Virus record (IMG/VR): IMGVR_UViG_3300025875_000047
Coordinates: 1-46,337 of that record
Strand: one strand, 5' to 3'
Origin: a virus
Taxonomy: Duplodnaviria; Caudoviricetes
DNA: 46,337 bases
Shown: positions 1-9,495 of the stretch, in pieces
Numbering within the stretch: the stretch's first letter is position 1
Layout: each line of letters starts with the position of its first letter
Made by a program: the position numbers and the translations under genes
The notes under the pieces: generated by a model
The model's input: only the letters and a program-made list of their open reading frames with translations
Told to the model about the DNA's origin: nothing
The model's database searches: none

Positions 1-127
1 AATTACGTCATCAAGAGGTAAAGAAGCGTAAGCTTCAGCAATTGCGTCCGACCAAGGATCATAAGTCATGTTTAACTATTCCATTTGCTACCCGCGTAGG
101 TAAACCGGCGCGAACCATAGTTAGTGT
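1..127. repeat. Terminal direct repeat, copy 1 (127 bp), probably assembly overlap of a circular contig
   Basis: Identical to 46211-46337; tail genes read continuously across the junction. Confidence 0.95.
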
Positions 128-2582
128 TGATTGTAAACGTACCGGATGAGGTATCTAACGGAACTCCGCTTTCTGCGCTAACTGTAATTGGAAATGCTGC
201 GGCGTTGCCTTGGTGGTCCTTCACGGTAACAACTTGTCCGTCGAATGGGGCGGTCGGAAGAACAATACTAAACGCCGCGCCGCTTGTGTTATTAACGCGT
301 GCGTAAGTTGTTACCGGATCAATTTGCGTCGCATTTACCTGAATTTGTTGAACAACTTCGGTAGTTGCCGGAACAATGTCGCTTACTGCTATTCCGTTCG
401 TCGGATTGCCCTTAAACGTCGCTCGGCCACCTTTGCTTGCAATTTTATAGGTCATGGACGATCCACCCGCACTCCGGCCCGCAATATTTCCGTCGGTTGC
501 GGCGGTGACAGCCAATGCGGCCAAGGTAGGTTGATAAGCGACCATTTCATAATCGCCGATCTGCCCGCGAATGCCGCGAGTTTGGCGAAGAAGGCCGGTA
601 GTTGTCAAACCCGCTCCCGAAACTACATAACCAGCAAAGATAGTCGTGATCGTACCTAGTGCGGATACACGTAGGATTTGCGAACGCGTAGTTAGGGCGA
701 TAGGCGCGCTACTTGTGCCGATAGTTTGTTCGTTGTCCAATAGAGCTATCAGCGCTGTTACAAGACCAACTACACGCGCGGGCTGACCCCCGTTCGGATA
801 GACAAGCATACCAATTTCAAGCGCGCCTGAAGTTGTATTAGATACTATCAGCAGATTACCCACAATATAACCCATTCCGACGAAGCCAGGCACGCTTGCT
901 GTAAAGGTGCCGCCGCGAGCGTTATTGACCGTTATCGGATTGATATGCGCGGTGTTGCTGCGATCTTCGATCGTCACACGACAGCCCGGCGCAAGATAGA
1001 CGTTAGTTGCTTGGTTCGTCACTACTGCGACGCGTTGGTCTAATTTGTCCAATATCGTTGTTGCCTCCGTCACTGTCCGAATTTTTTCGGTAGGCCACCC
1101 CGCCTGAAAAGGAACAGCGATGCCGTCGCTTCCTAGTTTAGCCGCAGTTGTGCGCGGCTGAACCCAACCCGCACCGTTTTGTATCCAAATCGCAGCAGCG
1201 GCCGAAGGGCCGCTAACAAAGTCGATATCCTTGCCGACGTTATCAACACCGGACGAACTATCAAGCCAACCATACTTGCCCAAAGCGCCGAGGTTTAGAA
1301 CTGCGCCGGTAATTGTTACGTCGTGCGTTTGATACGAAGTTTGCCCCGCCGCGTTTTGCTGGAATAGAACTGCGGCATTGCCGTTAGCAGTCCAACGCCC
1401 ATGCGCGTTCACACCATCAACAATCAAATTGTTGATCGCGATATCGTGAACTTCAGCCGTATCGTCGCTGGCCGTGCTGAAGACAACACCCGCCAAGCCT
1501 GCCCGAACAATCGTAATGTTCGATGCGCGGCAATGCGAAGCACCGTGAACATACTTCAATCCGAAGTTATAAGCGTCTTCGATATACGCACCCCGAATAT
1601 CGCAATGCGTACCGAAAAGGTCGAACGCTTCGGCGCAACGCCGAATATCCGCAGCCTCAACCCGAATGCTGCTATTTCGGCCCGCAACATTAATGCCGTC
1701 GGATTGATCGCCCCCGTTAGCGCCGCGAAAAGCCGGGCCGCATTTAATGTCAGCAACTTTAGGCGAGTAAAGATAGAAGTCGGAACCGATAAGGTTTACC
1801 CGATCGCTATCGAATAGAAAACCCGTCGTGTTCGGCGCGTTCGTAACAAGCGCGTTCAACGTTGTATTGGTGTAACAATCGTGGGCATTAAGCCGCCGTC
1901 CGCTACCGCGTACCGAATGAAAGCTGAACGCTTCACCTAAAGGAAGACCGAAGACCTCGATATCGTCAAGTTCCAAACCAACTACGTTACGGAATGCCAA
2001 AGCGCGAACATTGCGGTTATCCGCTACTTCCGACTGAACAGCAAAACCGCCAAGTTTAATATCAGACAAAGGTGCGAAAACACCGTCTAATTGCCCATAA
2101 GCCCCAATGCCGACAGAACCCGGAAGATAGCGGTTAGCAAAAGTATTATCGGCGGTTGTGAAATGCGCGGCGGGCATAAAGATTATAGGCCGGGTTCCGT
2201 CTTCTTCGCAAATAATACCCGAACGCGAAACCATAAGAAGCGATTGATCGATTTCGAAATAGTCGCCAGCACGAAGACGAAGCACTAGCCCGCCCGCAAG
2301 GGCTAAGTTAATCGCAGCCCGATTTATGGCGCGCTGCGCAGGCGATACGGCACCGGAAACAACGCCCGGTAGTTCATGCACATAGTTGCGAACAATATGC
2401 GCCTGATACCGTCCGCCTTGTGTCGCTCCATCGCCTGAATACAACCGCCCGGTTTCTTCTTCGATAATAAGCTGACCAACTGGAACAACATTGTTATCGA
2501 ACGCGTCGCGAGGCAACACGGACAACAAACCGTCATCCGCAGTCGATTGCGAAAGCAAGCGGCTTTTTGAAATCGTCGCCAT
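72..2582 (-). CDS. Tailspike/tail fibre, receptor-binding protein with a beta-helix (pectin-lyase-like) domain
   Basis: 836 aa. N-terminal GQLIIEEETGRLYSGDGATQGG resembles the Mtd_N motif; central G/N/D-rich beta-helix pattern; C-terminal NTSGAAFSIVLP...PITV fibre module; located in the tail operon. Confidence 0.8.
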   Translation of the reverse strand: MATISKSRLLSQSTADDGLLSVLPRDAFDNNVVPVGQLIIEEETGRLYSGDGATQGGRYQAHIVRNYVHELPGVVSGAVSPAQRAINRAAINLALAGGLVLRLRAGDYFEIDQSLLMVSRSGIICEEDGTRPIIFMPAAHFTTADNTFANRYLPGSVGIGAYGQLDGVFAPLSDIKLGGFAVQSEVADNRNVRALAFRNVVGLELDDIEVFGLPLGEAFSFHSVRGSGRRLNAHDCYTNTTLNALVTNAPNTTGFLFDSDRVNLIGSDFYLYSPKVADIKCGPAFRGANGGDQSDGINVAGRNSSIRVEAADIRRCAEAFDLFGTHCDIRGAYIEDAYNFGLKYVHGASHCRASNITIVRAGLAGVVFSTASDDTAEVHDIAINNLIVDGVNAHGRWTANGNAAVLFQQNAAGQTSYQTHDVTITGAVLNLGALGKYGWLDSSSGVDNVGKDIDFVSGPSAAAAIWIQNGAGWVQPRTTAAKLGSDGIAVPFQAGWPTEKIRTVTEATTILDKLDQRVAVVTNQATNVYLAPGCRVTIEDRSNTAHINPITVNNARGGTFTASVPGFVGMGYIVGNLLIVSNTTSGALEIGMLVYPNGGQPARVVGLVTALIALLDNEQTIGTSSAPIALTTRSQILRVSALGTITTIFAGYVVSGAGLTTTGLLRQTRGIRGQIGDYEMVAYQPTLAALAVTAATDGNIAGRSAGGSSMTYKIASKGGRATFKGNPTNGIAVSDIVPATTEVVQQIQVNATQIDPVTTYARVNNTSGAAFSIVLPTAPFDGQVVTVKDHQGNAAAFPITVSAESGVPLDTSSGTFTINTNYGSRRFTYAGSKWNS

Positions 2583-4381
2583 TATACTAGAACCTTCCAG
2601 CCGGTTATGGAACTACCTGTTTGTTTCCACCATAAATGACCATCTTGGGTTGCGGAAGTCTGCGAATAAAAAGACCCCGGCGGCGCTGCAATAACCCCGT
2701 CGGGAACACCTTCGCCGGAAAAAAATGCAACACCATTCTTAAACGCAAAGTTTTCGGCTTGAATAGCCTTTTTGCTGTTCAAACCGAAAGCGATATCCGG
2801 GTTTGCCCCACCGATACCAATGTTGCCATCGCGATCCATTAAAGTTTGAGCGTTGTTGTTCGCGCTCGCATTGAAGATATTCGTATCGCAACTTTCGAAG
2901 ACGTTCATCAAACCAATGCGAGTAAATGAACTAGACGCATCTAAGTAAATGCCGAATGTGCTTCCTTGAAACTGATTAGCATCGATCACAACATTCGTCA
3001 TCGTTCCATCGACGTTGCCTTGCAAAAAGATCGCAATCTTTCGTGCGGCACTCGCGCCGCTATGAAAGAAGCAATTGCGAAGGATTGTACCTTGCAATGC
3101 CGGGCCGTTACGCGAAGCCGCGTCAATGAAATGGCTTTCGGTCGCCGTAGCTTGAACAGCTTGACCGTAGAAACTGTTACCCGAAATATCGAATTGAACA
3201 ATACCGCGAAGAATGATCGCATTTTGCTCAATATTGATATGGTTCATTGTGAACTGCAAAAGCGGCTCAACTTGATCGCCGTCGGCTTGCCAATCAATAC
3301 CGTCTAAACAAGCAACTGCCGTAGTGCGCGAAATCTTAACACCCTCTTGATGACCGCGAATAGTCGCCATCTTACGAAGAAAAAAGAAATAGCATCGGCT
3401 TATATCGATATCGCCTTTGTCGAAACCGGCTTGGGCGACAAAGTTAAAGCCCGAAGATTTCAATGGATTGTTAGAGCGATCGCCCTGAACCCGACAGCGT
3501 TCGAACGTCGGATAACTAATATTGATGAAGTTAGCCGCAAACGGAAAGCCGCAGTAACCGTTTGCGCCGCGCCATTCGCAATCGATGAAAGCAACTTGAA
3601 TAGCCGTGCCCACATTGGTAGCGGCGCACTCGACATGTAGAGGCGCGATTGCGTAAACCGCAGACGTTACCCATGAAATACCGCTGAAAAGTTGCTGCGC
3701 TCCCGTATAATCTTCATCGGTCGAAATCATAAATTGAGTTTGAGCGTTAGGCCCGTTTATTAAGAAGACAGCACGCGCACCGCAAAAGCTAACTTGTTTT
3801 AACCAAACAACGGGGCGAAGAATTCGGTAAATACCGGAACCCATATCAACTTTAACCGGGCGGCTTTGTCGGTTGCAGTAACCGGCAAGTGCAAGCATCC
3901 CGTCGGTATCGTCGGCTATACCGTCACCGACACAACCGAACATATATGGCGAAATTGATACCGCCCCGGCCATCGCATTTGAAGGAAGAAGAAAATAGAT
4001 ACTAACTTCGTCCGCGGCGCTACAACCCAAGTTCAAGACAATAGGCGAAGTTCCGCCGGGGGCGGTGTATTCGGTTTGGGGCTGAAGCACGCCATTAATG
4101 AATAGCGAAACCAACCCGCCTTGATAGGCGAAACCCGGATCAAATTCAGTCTGCCCGTCGATCGCGATGAAATTCGCACGCCGAGACAATTCGGTTGCGT
4201 CTTTTCCATCGCGAATATCGTTCAGCCGATCAGTCGTCGTTTCGAACAAAGTCGGAAGCGACGGAATGCGGGCACCGGAGGAAAGCGTAATATACTCGCC
4301 AACGCCGCCGTTGATGATGCTATCAAGCCGGGGTTCGTTCGAAACGAACCGGTCAACCTGTTCAGATAGCGTAGGCAACAT
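2582..4381 (-). CDS. Tailspike with a pectate-lyase-superfamily domain (putative depolymerase)
   Basis: 599 aa. SPYMFGCVGDGIADDT is the typical beta-helix N-cap motif; N-terminal virion-anchor-like segment; C-terminal GEGVPDGVIAAPPGSFY...WWKQTG...GW fibre motif. Confidence 0.85.
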   Translation of the reverse strand: MLPTLSEQVDRFVSNEPRLDSIINGGVGEYITLSSGARIPSLPTLFETTTDRLNDIRDGKDATELSRRANFIAIDGQTEFDPGFAYQGGLVSLFINGVLQPQTEYTAPGGTSPIVLNLGCSAADEVSIYFLLPSNAMAGAVSISPYMFGCVGDGIADDTDGMLALAGYCNRQSRPVKVDMGSGIYRILRPVVWLKQVSFCGARAVFLINGPNAQTQFMISTDEDYTGAQQLFSGISWVTSAVYAIAPLHVECAATNVGTAIQVAFIDCEWRGANGYCGFPFAANFINISYPTFERCRVQGDRSNNPLKSSGFNFVAQAGFDKGDIDISRCYFFFLRKMATIRGHQEGVKISRTTAVACLDGIDWQADGDQVEPLLQFTMNHINIEQNAIILRGIVQFDISGNSFYGQAVQATATESHFIDAASRNGPALQGTILRNCFFHSGASAARKIAIFLQGNVDGTMTNVVIDANQFQGSTFGIYLDASSSFTRIGLMNVFESCDTNIFNASANNNAQTLMDRDGNIGIGGANPDIAFGLNSKKAIQAENFAFKNGVAFFSGEGVPDGVIAAPPGSFYSQTSATQDGHLWWKQTGSSITGWKVLV

Positions 4382-4384
4382 TAT

Positions 4385-4879
4385 TCAATCTCCCGTAACG
4401 ATAGACGGATAAACTTCGTTGACGAATTCGTCAACTACACGACTAAGCCTTATGCCTAGCGAGATGCCGATCATATTAAAATAGTCGTAAACAGATTGAT
4501 CGATATTTGTTATACTTCGAATTAACAAATCCATAGACACATTCGTAACATTAAACCCGGCTTCAGTAACCGACGGGCTACCTTCAGGCGCAAACATTAC
4601 TAAATTAATTATATATTTGTTGCCTCTTTGTATTGGCATATAAAACCATAGCGAGCCGTCTTTGATGACATTCGCGTAAAAGAATTCAAATAGCGAAAGT
4701 TCGTCGTAAGACATTCTTACTATCTGCGACTGCGGCGATATTATTTTTGTAAAACGACGGCGAACACGTTTTGCGCCGTTATCCATGTCCGTTATGGCGC
4801 GGCCCTGACCGTCTGAAAGCGACATATTGCCGCTTCCTTGATTGGCTAGGTAGTTAATATTAGGCCATAGGGGTATCAT
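4385..4879 (-). CDS. Minor tail / distal tail protein
   Basis: 164 aa directly after the tape measure gene; TDMDNGAKRVRRRF and DGSLWFYMPI resemble lambda gpM-like/Dit proteins. Confidence 0.75.
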   Translation of the reverse strand: MIPLWPNINYLANQGSGNMSLSDGQGRAITDMDNGAKRVRRRFTKIISPQSQIVRMSYDELSLFEFFYANVIKDGSLWFYMPIQRGNKYIINLVMFAPEGSPSVTEAGFNVTNVSMDLLIRSITNIDQSVYDYFNMIGISLGIRLSRVVDEFVNEVYPSIVTGD

Positions 4880-7800
4880 TAGCCGTTTCCTCGCGCTGGG
4901 TTCGTGCCATAGCGACTTTCAATCGCCCTATTGATCGGGGTTCCGCCGCTGCGGATATCCCCGGCGACTTGTGCCTTCACCTTTTCAACGATTACGTCGA
5001 TCGTCTTCGAACCGTCGGCGTTAGTCGTTTCTTCGGTGCGTGCGGTGCCTTCGCCGTAGTTGTGAACGTTCACCGTCACACCCGAAGACCGCTGTTGCGC
5101 CTTCGTTTCAATGCTGACCCGTTCACCGCGCGATACGTTCATGTTGATATTGTTTTTATCGATCCCCGGAGTTCCCTTCACCATAAAGGAACCGCCATCG
5201 TTATAGCTGCCCACGTTCGTTGACGCGATCCCGGCAATGTTGATCGCTGTCTTGATCCCGACCGCCGCAGCCGTGATATAGTTGAATGGAGGCGGCGAAC
5301 TCGCAAGTGCTTTCTGAATAGCGACATATCCGTCGAACGTAGCTTGTGCGATTGCCGCCGCCTTGCCGATAGCAGCAAGCTTCTTATTGTGCGACGATGC
5401 GAGCCCGGCAATTGAACCCATAAGGTCGCTATACGATTGATTACGCATTTCATCGAACTTTAGGTTCAAGTTAAGCCGCGCCCTTGCCGCTTGCTCTTCC
5501 GACAGCACGTCAGCTTGGCGAAGACGCTCAATTTCGGCGTACATCGCGGCTTTGTTGTCGATCATCTTTTGTTCGTCTAGGATCGGGTTCACGACTTCGC
5601 CAACTTGCGATTGAACGAATTGCTGATTGCGCAGCGCGTCGCCACGCTGAAGAAGCGCCTGAACTTCAGCCTGAATAGCAGCCGTGCTATTCTTCGTGAT
5701 ATCGATCCCCTTTGCCAAGTAGGCTTGACGAATTTGTTCGTATTGATCGTTACGCGCAACAGCGTCGCCGTAAAGCTTCGTTGCGCCTTCAGCCGAAGTC
5801 ATGCTTTCCTTCAGGCTGAATAGCGGGTCTTTCGCTTCCGCGAGTGCCCGGTTCGCCTTTAGCTGTTGCTGCGAAAACTCCGCTTGCGTGATAACGTGAC
5901 GCGCAAGCAAATCCGTCGCGGCGGCGATCGTCGCGTTATAGGTGCGCTGCGGCCCTTGGCTTTCTTCAACGATCCGATCCATTTCGGCTTGCTGATACTT
6001 ATAGATTTCGATCGCATGTATCTTATCGGAGAAAACCTTAATCTGCGCAGCATCTAGCGGCATACGCCGCTTGATGAACTCTTCTTCGATTTGGTCTAGC
6101 CGCTGTTGCTCCGCGCGGGCGTCCTTCAGCAACGACATACGCGACAATTCCTTGTCAAGTGCCGAATTCGTGTCGTTGATATAGTCGGCTTGCGTCTTCG
6201 GGTCAGCTTCCTTCTTATCCTTCTTCGGCGTGCGATCAGCCTTCAGCGCGTCAGCCGCCCTCTTAATACGGTCTTTCGCAGCTTTGACGCTGTTGTCAGT
6301 CCAACGCTTATAAAAGCCCTTGATGCCTTTCAGCGCTTCGTTCGTTGCGTTGCTTGTTTCGGTCTTGAACGTGTCGCCGACTTGCTTCGCCGATCCCGCG
6401 AACTGATTTTGCATCCGACCTAGCGAAGTCGGGTCAATCTGCGGAATTTGCAGGCTATCGGGAAGGATCGTGTTCGCCTTGCTCGAAACGTAGTTGATCG
6501 CTTCGATCGACTTGTTCACAAGCTTTTCGATCCATTCGATCGAAATGTTGACAGTCTGAACGAACAGGTCGCCAAGCGCCGACGGGAGCAATCCCCACGT
6601 CTTCACAATGGCGCGGTATCCGCCGACGAATGTTCCGTAAAGCGACGCCATAGACTTGTCGCCGTTTTCGTTCAGGTTGTTGAACCAATCCTTCACGGCG
6701 GTTGCTGCGCTCTTCAGCGTGGGCGATAAATCGAATGTTTCTTCAATCGTTACCCAAAGGCCCTTCAGCGTATCCATATAGGTTACGGTGATATCCTTCA
6801 GTTCCTTGACCTTGCCGGTTCCGCTCGAAGTTTCGCCCGCGAGTTGCTTCATTTCTTTCCGCGTCAGCCCAAGCGAATTCGCGTATTCTTTCAGCCCGCC
6901 TTGCTTGTTTGCGGCTTCGTTGATCCGCACGGTATCCGCAGCGAGCCCGACAAGAATCGCGCTAACCGCTAACCCACCGGCGCCTAGCAGCGTCAGCCCG
7001 GTTCGCGTCTTCGCTGCGGCTGCGGCTCCCGCTTCAGCGGTGCGGGCTTGCGCTGACGCGAGCGCGTTAGCGGTGATTGCGGCTTCGGTGTTCGCGACGC
7101 CTAGTTCAGCTTGCGCGAGCGCAAGGCGATTGGACGCAAGCGCAGCTTCGTTCGCCGTCGTCGCCATCGCAACTTGTGCTTCAGCGACGGCGATGTTCGT
7201 TTCGGCCGCGCGAACGGCTGCGGTTGCTGTTGCATTTGCCCCGGCGACATTCGCTTCGGCTTGCCGGGCTGCGGCAAGGGCGGCGGCTTCGGCGGCTGCG
7301 GTGACGGTCTTCGTCAGCCCAAGCATTTGCGTCAGCGCTCGCATGAAGCCGCCAAGCGTTAGCCCGGTTTGCCCGTAAATCTGACCGATTTGCGCGCCCT
7401 GTTGAATGAAGACGGTCAGCGGCTTTTGTCCCGACGCCAGCGAAACGAATACGTCGTTAAGCTGATACCCAAGGTTTTGCACCTGATATCCGGCAAGGCC
7501 CGCGCCTTTGCCCAAGTCCGCCAATTGCGCCGCGCCGCCGTATCGCGCAAAGTTCGGCCCGGTGCCCCCGGCTCCGCTACCCCCGCCGCCAGCGCCACCG
7601 CCCGGCGAAGGCGCGGCCGGGGCGCGGATCGTGCGCAGCACCGCCGCAGCCGTGCGAGCGGCGTCAGCAAGGCCCTTCAGGTCAACGACGGCACTTGCGG
7701 CCCCGGAAGCCCCGCCAGCGCCCCCTGCGCCCGCTCCGGGCGATCCCGTGGGGGTTCCGGTGCCCCTAGCTGCTGCGGCTGCGGCTGCGGCCTTGGCTTG

Positions 7801-8148
7801 GGCTTCATACGCCGCAGTCAGCCGATTCACCGCCGTCGTTTCGGTACGGATCGCAGACGTTACAGCCTTCGAAGACGCCGCAAGACGATCCTTGTTCGAC
7901 GCAAGGGTTCCGGCGGCTCCGGTTGCCGCCTTAGTCGCCGCGAGTTCGCGGCCAAGCGTATTCGTCAAGTTCGCCGAAGCGGTCGCAAGGCGGCGAACCG
8001 CCGTATCGTTCATATCCGAAAGCGCAGCCTTCAGCTTACGAACCGCGCTGTCGCCTTCGGTCGCACCCTTCGCAATGTCGCGAAGTTTGCCCGGAATATC
8101 GCCGTCAATCTTGTCGGTGACTTCAATATCATAACGTTCGTTTGCCAT
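4879..8148 (-). CDS. Tail tape measure protein
   Basis: 1089 aa, Ala-rich and helical; QNLGYQLNDVFVSLASGQKPLTVFIQQGAQI is the lambda-type TMP motif; expected position in the operon. Confidence 0.95.
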   Translation of the reverse strand: MANERYDIEVTDKIDGDIPGKLRDIAKGATEGDSAVRKLKAALSDMNDTAVRRLATASANLTNTLGRELAATKAATGAAGTLASNKDRLAASSKAVTSAIRTETTAVNRLTAAYEAQAKAAAAAAAARGTGTPTGSPGAGAGGAGGASGAASAVVDLKGLADAARTAAAVLRTIRAPAAPSPGGGAGGGGSGAGGTGPNFARYGGAAQLADLGKGAGLAGYQVQNLGYQLNDVFVSLASGQKPLTVFIQQGAQIGQIYGQTGLTLGGFMRALTQMLGLTKTVTAAAEAAALAAARQAEANVAGANATATAAVRAAETNIAVAEAQVAMATTANEAALASNRLALAQAELGVANTEAAITANALASAQARTAEAGAAAAAKTRTGLTLLGAGGLAVSAILVGLAADTVRINEAANKQGGLKEYANSLGLTRKEMKQLAGETSSGTGKVKELKDITVTYMDTLKGLWVTIEETFDLSPTLKSAATAVKDWFNNLNENGDKSMASLYGTFVGGYRAIVKTWGLLPSALGDLFVQTVNISIEWIEKLVNKSIEAINYVSSKANTILPDSLQIPQIDPTSLGRMQNQFAGSAKQVGDTFKTETSNATNEALKGIKGFYKRWTDNSVKAAKDRIKRAADALKADRTPKKDKKEADPKTQADYINDTNSALDKELSRMSLLKDARAEQQRLDQIEEEFIKRRMPLDAAQIKVFSDKIHAIEIYKYQQAEMDRIVEESQGPQRTYNATIAAATDLLARHVITQAEFSQQQLKANRALAEAKDPLFSLKESMTSAEGATKLYGDAVARNDQYEQIRQAYLAKGIDITKNSTAAIQAEVQALLQRGDALRNQQFVQSQVGEVVNPILDEQKMIDNKAAMYAEIERLRQADVLSEEQAARARLNLNLKFDEMRNQSYSDLMGSIAGLASSHNKKLAAIGKAAAIAQATFDGYVAIQKALASSPPPFNYITAAAVGIKTAINIAGIASTNVGSYNDGGSFMVKGTPGIDKNNINMNVSRGERVSIETKAQQRSSGVTVNVHNYGEGTARTEETTNADGSKTIDVIVEKVKAQVAGDIRSGGTPINRAIESRYGTNPARGNG

Positions 8149-8157
8149 GAAGTCACC

Positions 8158-8601
8158 CTAGTCGAACAGTTTCGTCTTATATCCTTTGAAGGTGACAATG
8201 CGAGCCCGGAGAATAGCGGCTTCAATGAACCCGGCCGGGGCTTGCGCTGACGAACCTTCGTTCAGCTTCCTAATGTAATCGACTAGGTTCGACAAGTAGA
8301 TAGGTTGACCCGGTTTCTTTCGCTGAAGTTCGATCTGCGCTTCGGCTATTGCACTCGAAGCGCTTGCACCTTGCGACGATCCGCGCGACCCTAACGAGTA
8401 TGCGTTGATTTCGTCTGCGGCGGGGCTTGTCAGATTGACTTGCCAGTTCGACAGCGCCGTCGAAGTATCGACCGGAGTTTCGTAAACTAAATGGTATTCG
8501 ATTTGATACGCGAACGCCGCAGCAAGATCGGACGCAACGGTTTCACTCCGCTTCGCAGCGACAGTCATCTTCTTCGCCAAGTCGGCTAGAGATTTACCCA
8601 T
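8158..8601 (-). CDS. HK97 gp10-like tail completion/neck protein
   Basis: TPVDTSTALSNW and LNEGSSAQAPAGF motifs. Confidence 0.8.
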   Translation of the reverse strand: MGKSLADLAKKMTVAAKRSETVASDLAAAFAYQIEYHLVYETPVDTSTALSNWQVNLTSPAADEINAYSLGSRGSSQGASASSAIAEAQIELQRKKPGQPIYLSNLVDYIRKLNEGSSAQAPAGFIEAAILRARIVTFKGYKTKLFD

Positions 8602-8986
8602 TGCGCCCGTTCCTGTAGCGCTCGCGAGCCGTGGGCTTTACGCCTACGGATTCCTTCGGTACCTTTGGCTTCCAGAACTTCAGAAAGTCCCGATCCATTT
8701 CGCGAATATAAAACCAAAGGTCTTCGCGTTGCGTTTCATCGAAGCCGAAGTCGTCGGCGTATTCGAACACACTTGACCGCCGGATAGGTTCAAGCTTATT
8801 GCGATCGCGTTCGCCGTCGAGTTCGTGCCATGCATTCAGATAGAGTGACAGCCCTAGGAAGAGTTGCGGAGGCTTTTTCATATCTTCCGGCAACTCTTCC
8901 CCTGATCTTCGGGCTTCCGCTCGCATTTGCCGTTCAGCATCCGGCGGATACCGAAACGAGTATAGCAGAACGGCGGTTAGTTTCCC
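8594..8986 (-). CDS. Tail assembly chaperone, frameshifted C-terminal part (gpT equivalent)
   Basis: Lies in the -1 frame of 8977-9420 and is open from the GGGAAAC site (8986-8980) into ORF 8594-8926. Confidence 0.85.
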   Translation of the reverse strand, partial: GKLTAVLLYSFRYPPDAERQMRAEARRSGEELPEDMKKPPQLFLGLSLYLNAWHELDGERDRNKLEPIRRSSVFEYADDFGFDETQREDLWFYIREMDRDFLKFWKPKVPKESVGVKPTARERYRNGRNG

Positions 8987-9420
8987 GCCGATTGCTCCCG
9001 TTCACGATCGCGGAACGCGGCCGACGACTTCGCGCGCTTTTCCCAATCGTCATAAAGATCGGGTAGTTCATCGAACAGGGTCAGCGCGTTTTCGCGGCTA
9101 TACGGAAGATCATCGGTGTCGTTGTCGTCGCCGGTTAGTTCCGACTTCGGAAGGTTCCGCCAGCCGAGCAACACCGTATCGGCGAACACTTCCTGAAGAA
9201 GCTTCGAGCCGATATCATTGTCGAGGGTTTCGTTGTTGATTGCGGCGGTATGCGGACGCGTCGCCTCTTCGAGCGCCTTCGTATAACGCTTGTTCGCGCG
9301 CGACATTCGCGAAATGGTGATGAAGATCGGCCGATTGTTGTGTTCGTTCATCCCGACGGGGATTTCGACGCCTTCGACTTCGGCCGTCTTGTTCGTCTTG
9401 AACGTCTTGCGCAGCGACAT
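8977..9420 (-). CDS. Tail assembly chaperone (gpG equivalent)
   Basis: 147 aa between the tail tube and TMP genes; ends in GCG GGA AAC TAA. Confidence 0.88.
   Translation of the reverse strand: MSLRKTFKTNKTAEVEGVEIPVGMNEHNNRPIFITISRMSRANKRYTKALEEATRPHTAAINNETLDNDIGSKLLQEVFADTVLLGWRNLPKSELTGDDNDTDDLPYSRENALTLFDELPDLYDDWEKRAKSSAAFRDREREQSAGN
8980..8986 (-). promoter_or_regulatory. Programmed -1 ribosomal frameshift site G GGA AAC
   Basis: XXXYYYZ heptamer immediately before the stop codon; the -1 frame is open (LTAVLLYSFRYPPDAERQMRAE...). Confidence 0.88.
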
Positions 9421-9436
9421 AGCTAGTCCTTCCTTG

Positions 9437-9470
9437 AAAGAAAAAGGGCGGGGTGATTAGCCCCGCCCTT
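9437..9470 (-). terminator. Rho-independent terminator after the tail tube gene
   Basis: AAGGGCGGGG-ctaatca-CCCCGCCCTT followed by TTTCTTT. Confidence 0.8.
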
Positions 9471-9495
9471 ACCCTAGTTCAGTTGTCGCGATCGA

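Noticed and set aside
1-127. Biological terminal repeat (T7-like DTR)
   Set aside because: 127 bp is a common assembler k-mer length and the repeat falls within tail genes
72-2582. Diversity-generating retroelement suggested by the Mtd_N-like motif
   Set aside because: No reverse transcriptase and no TR/VR repeat pair seen
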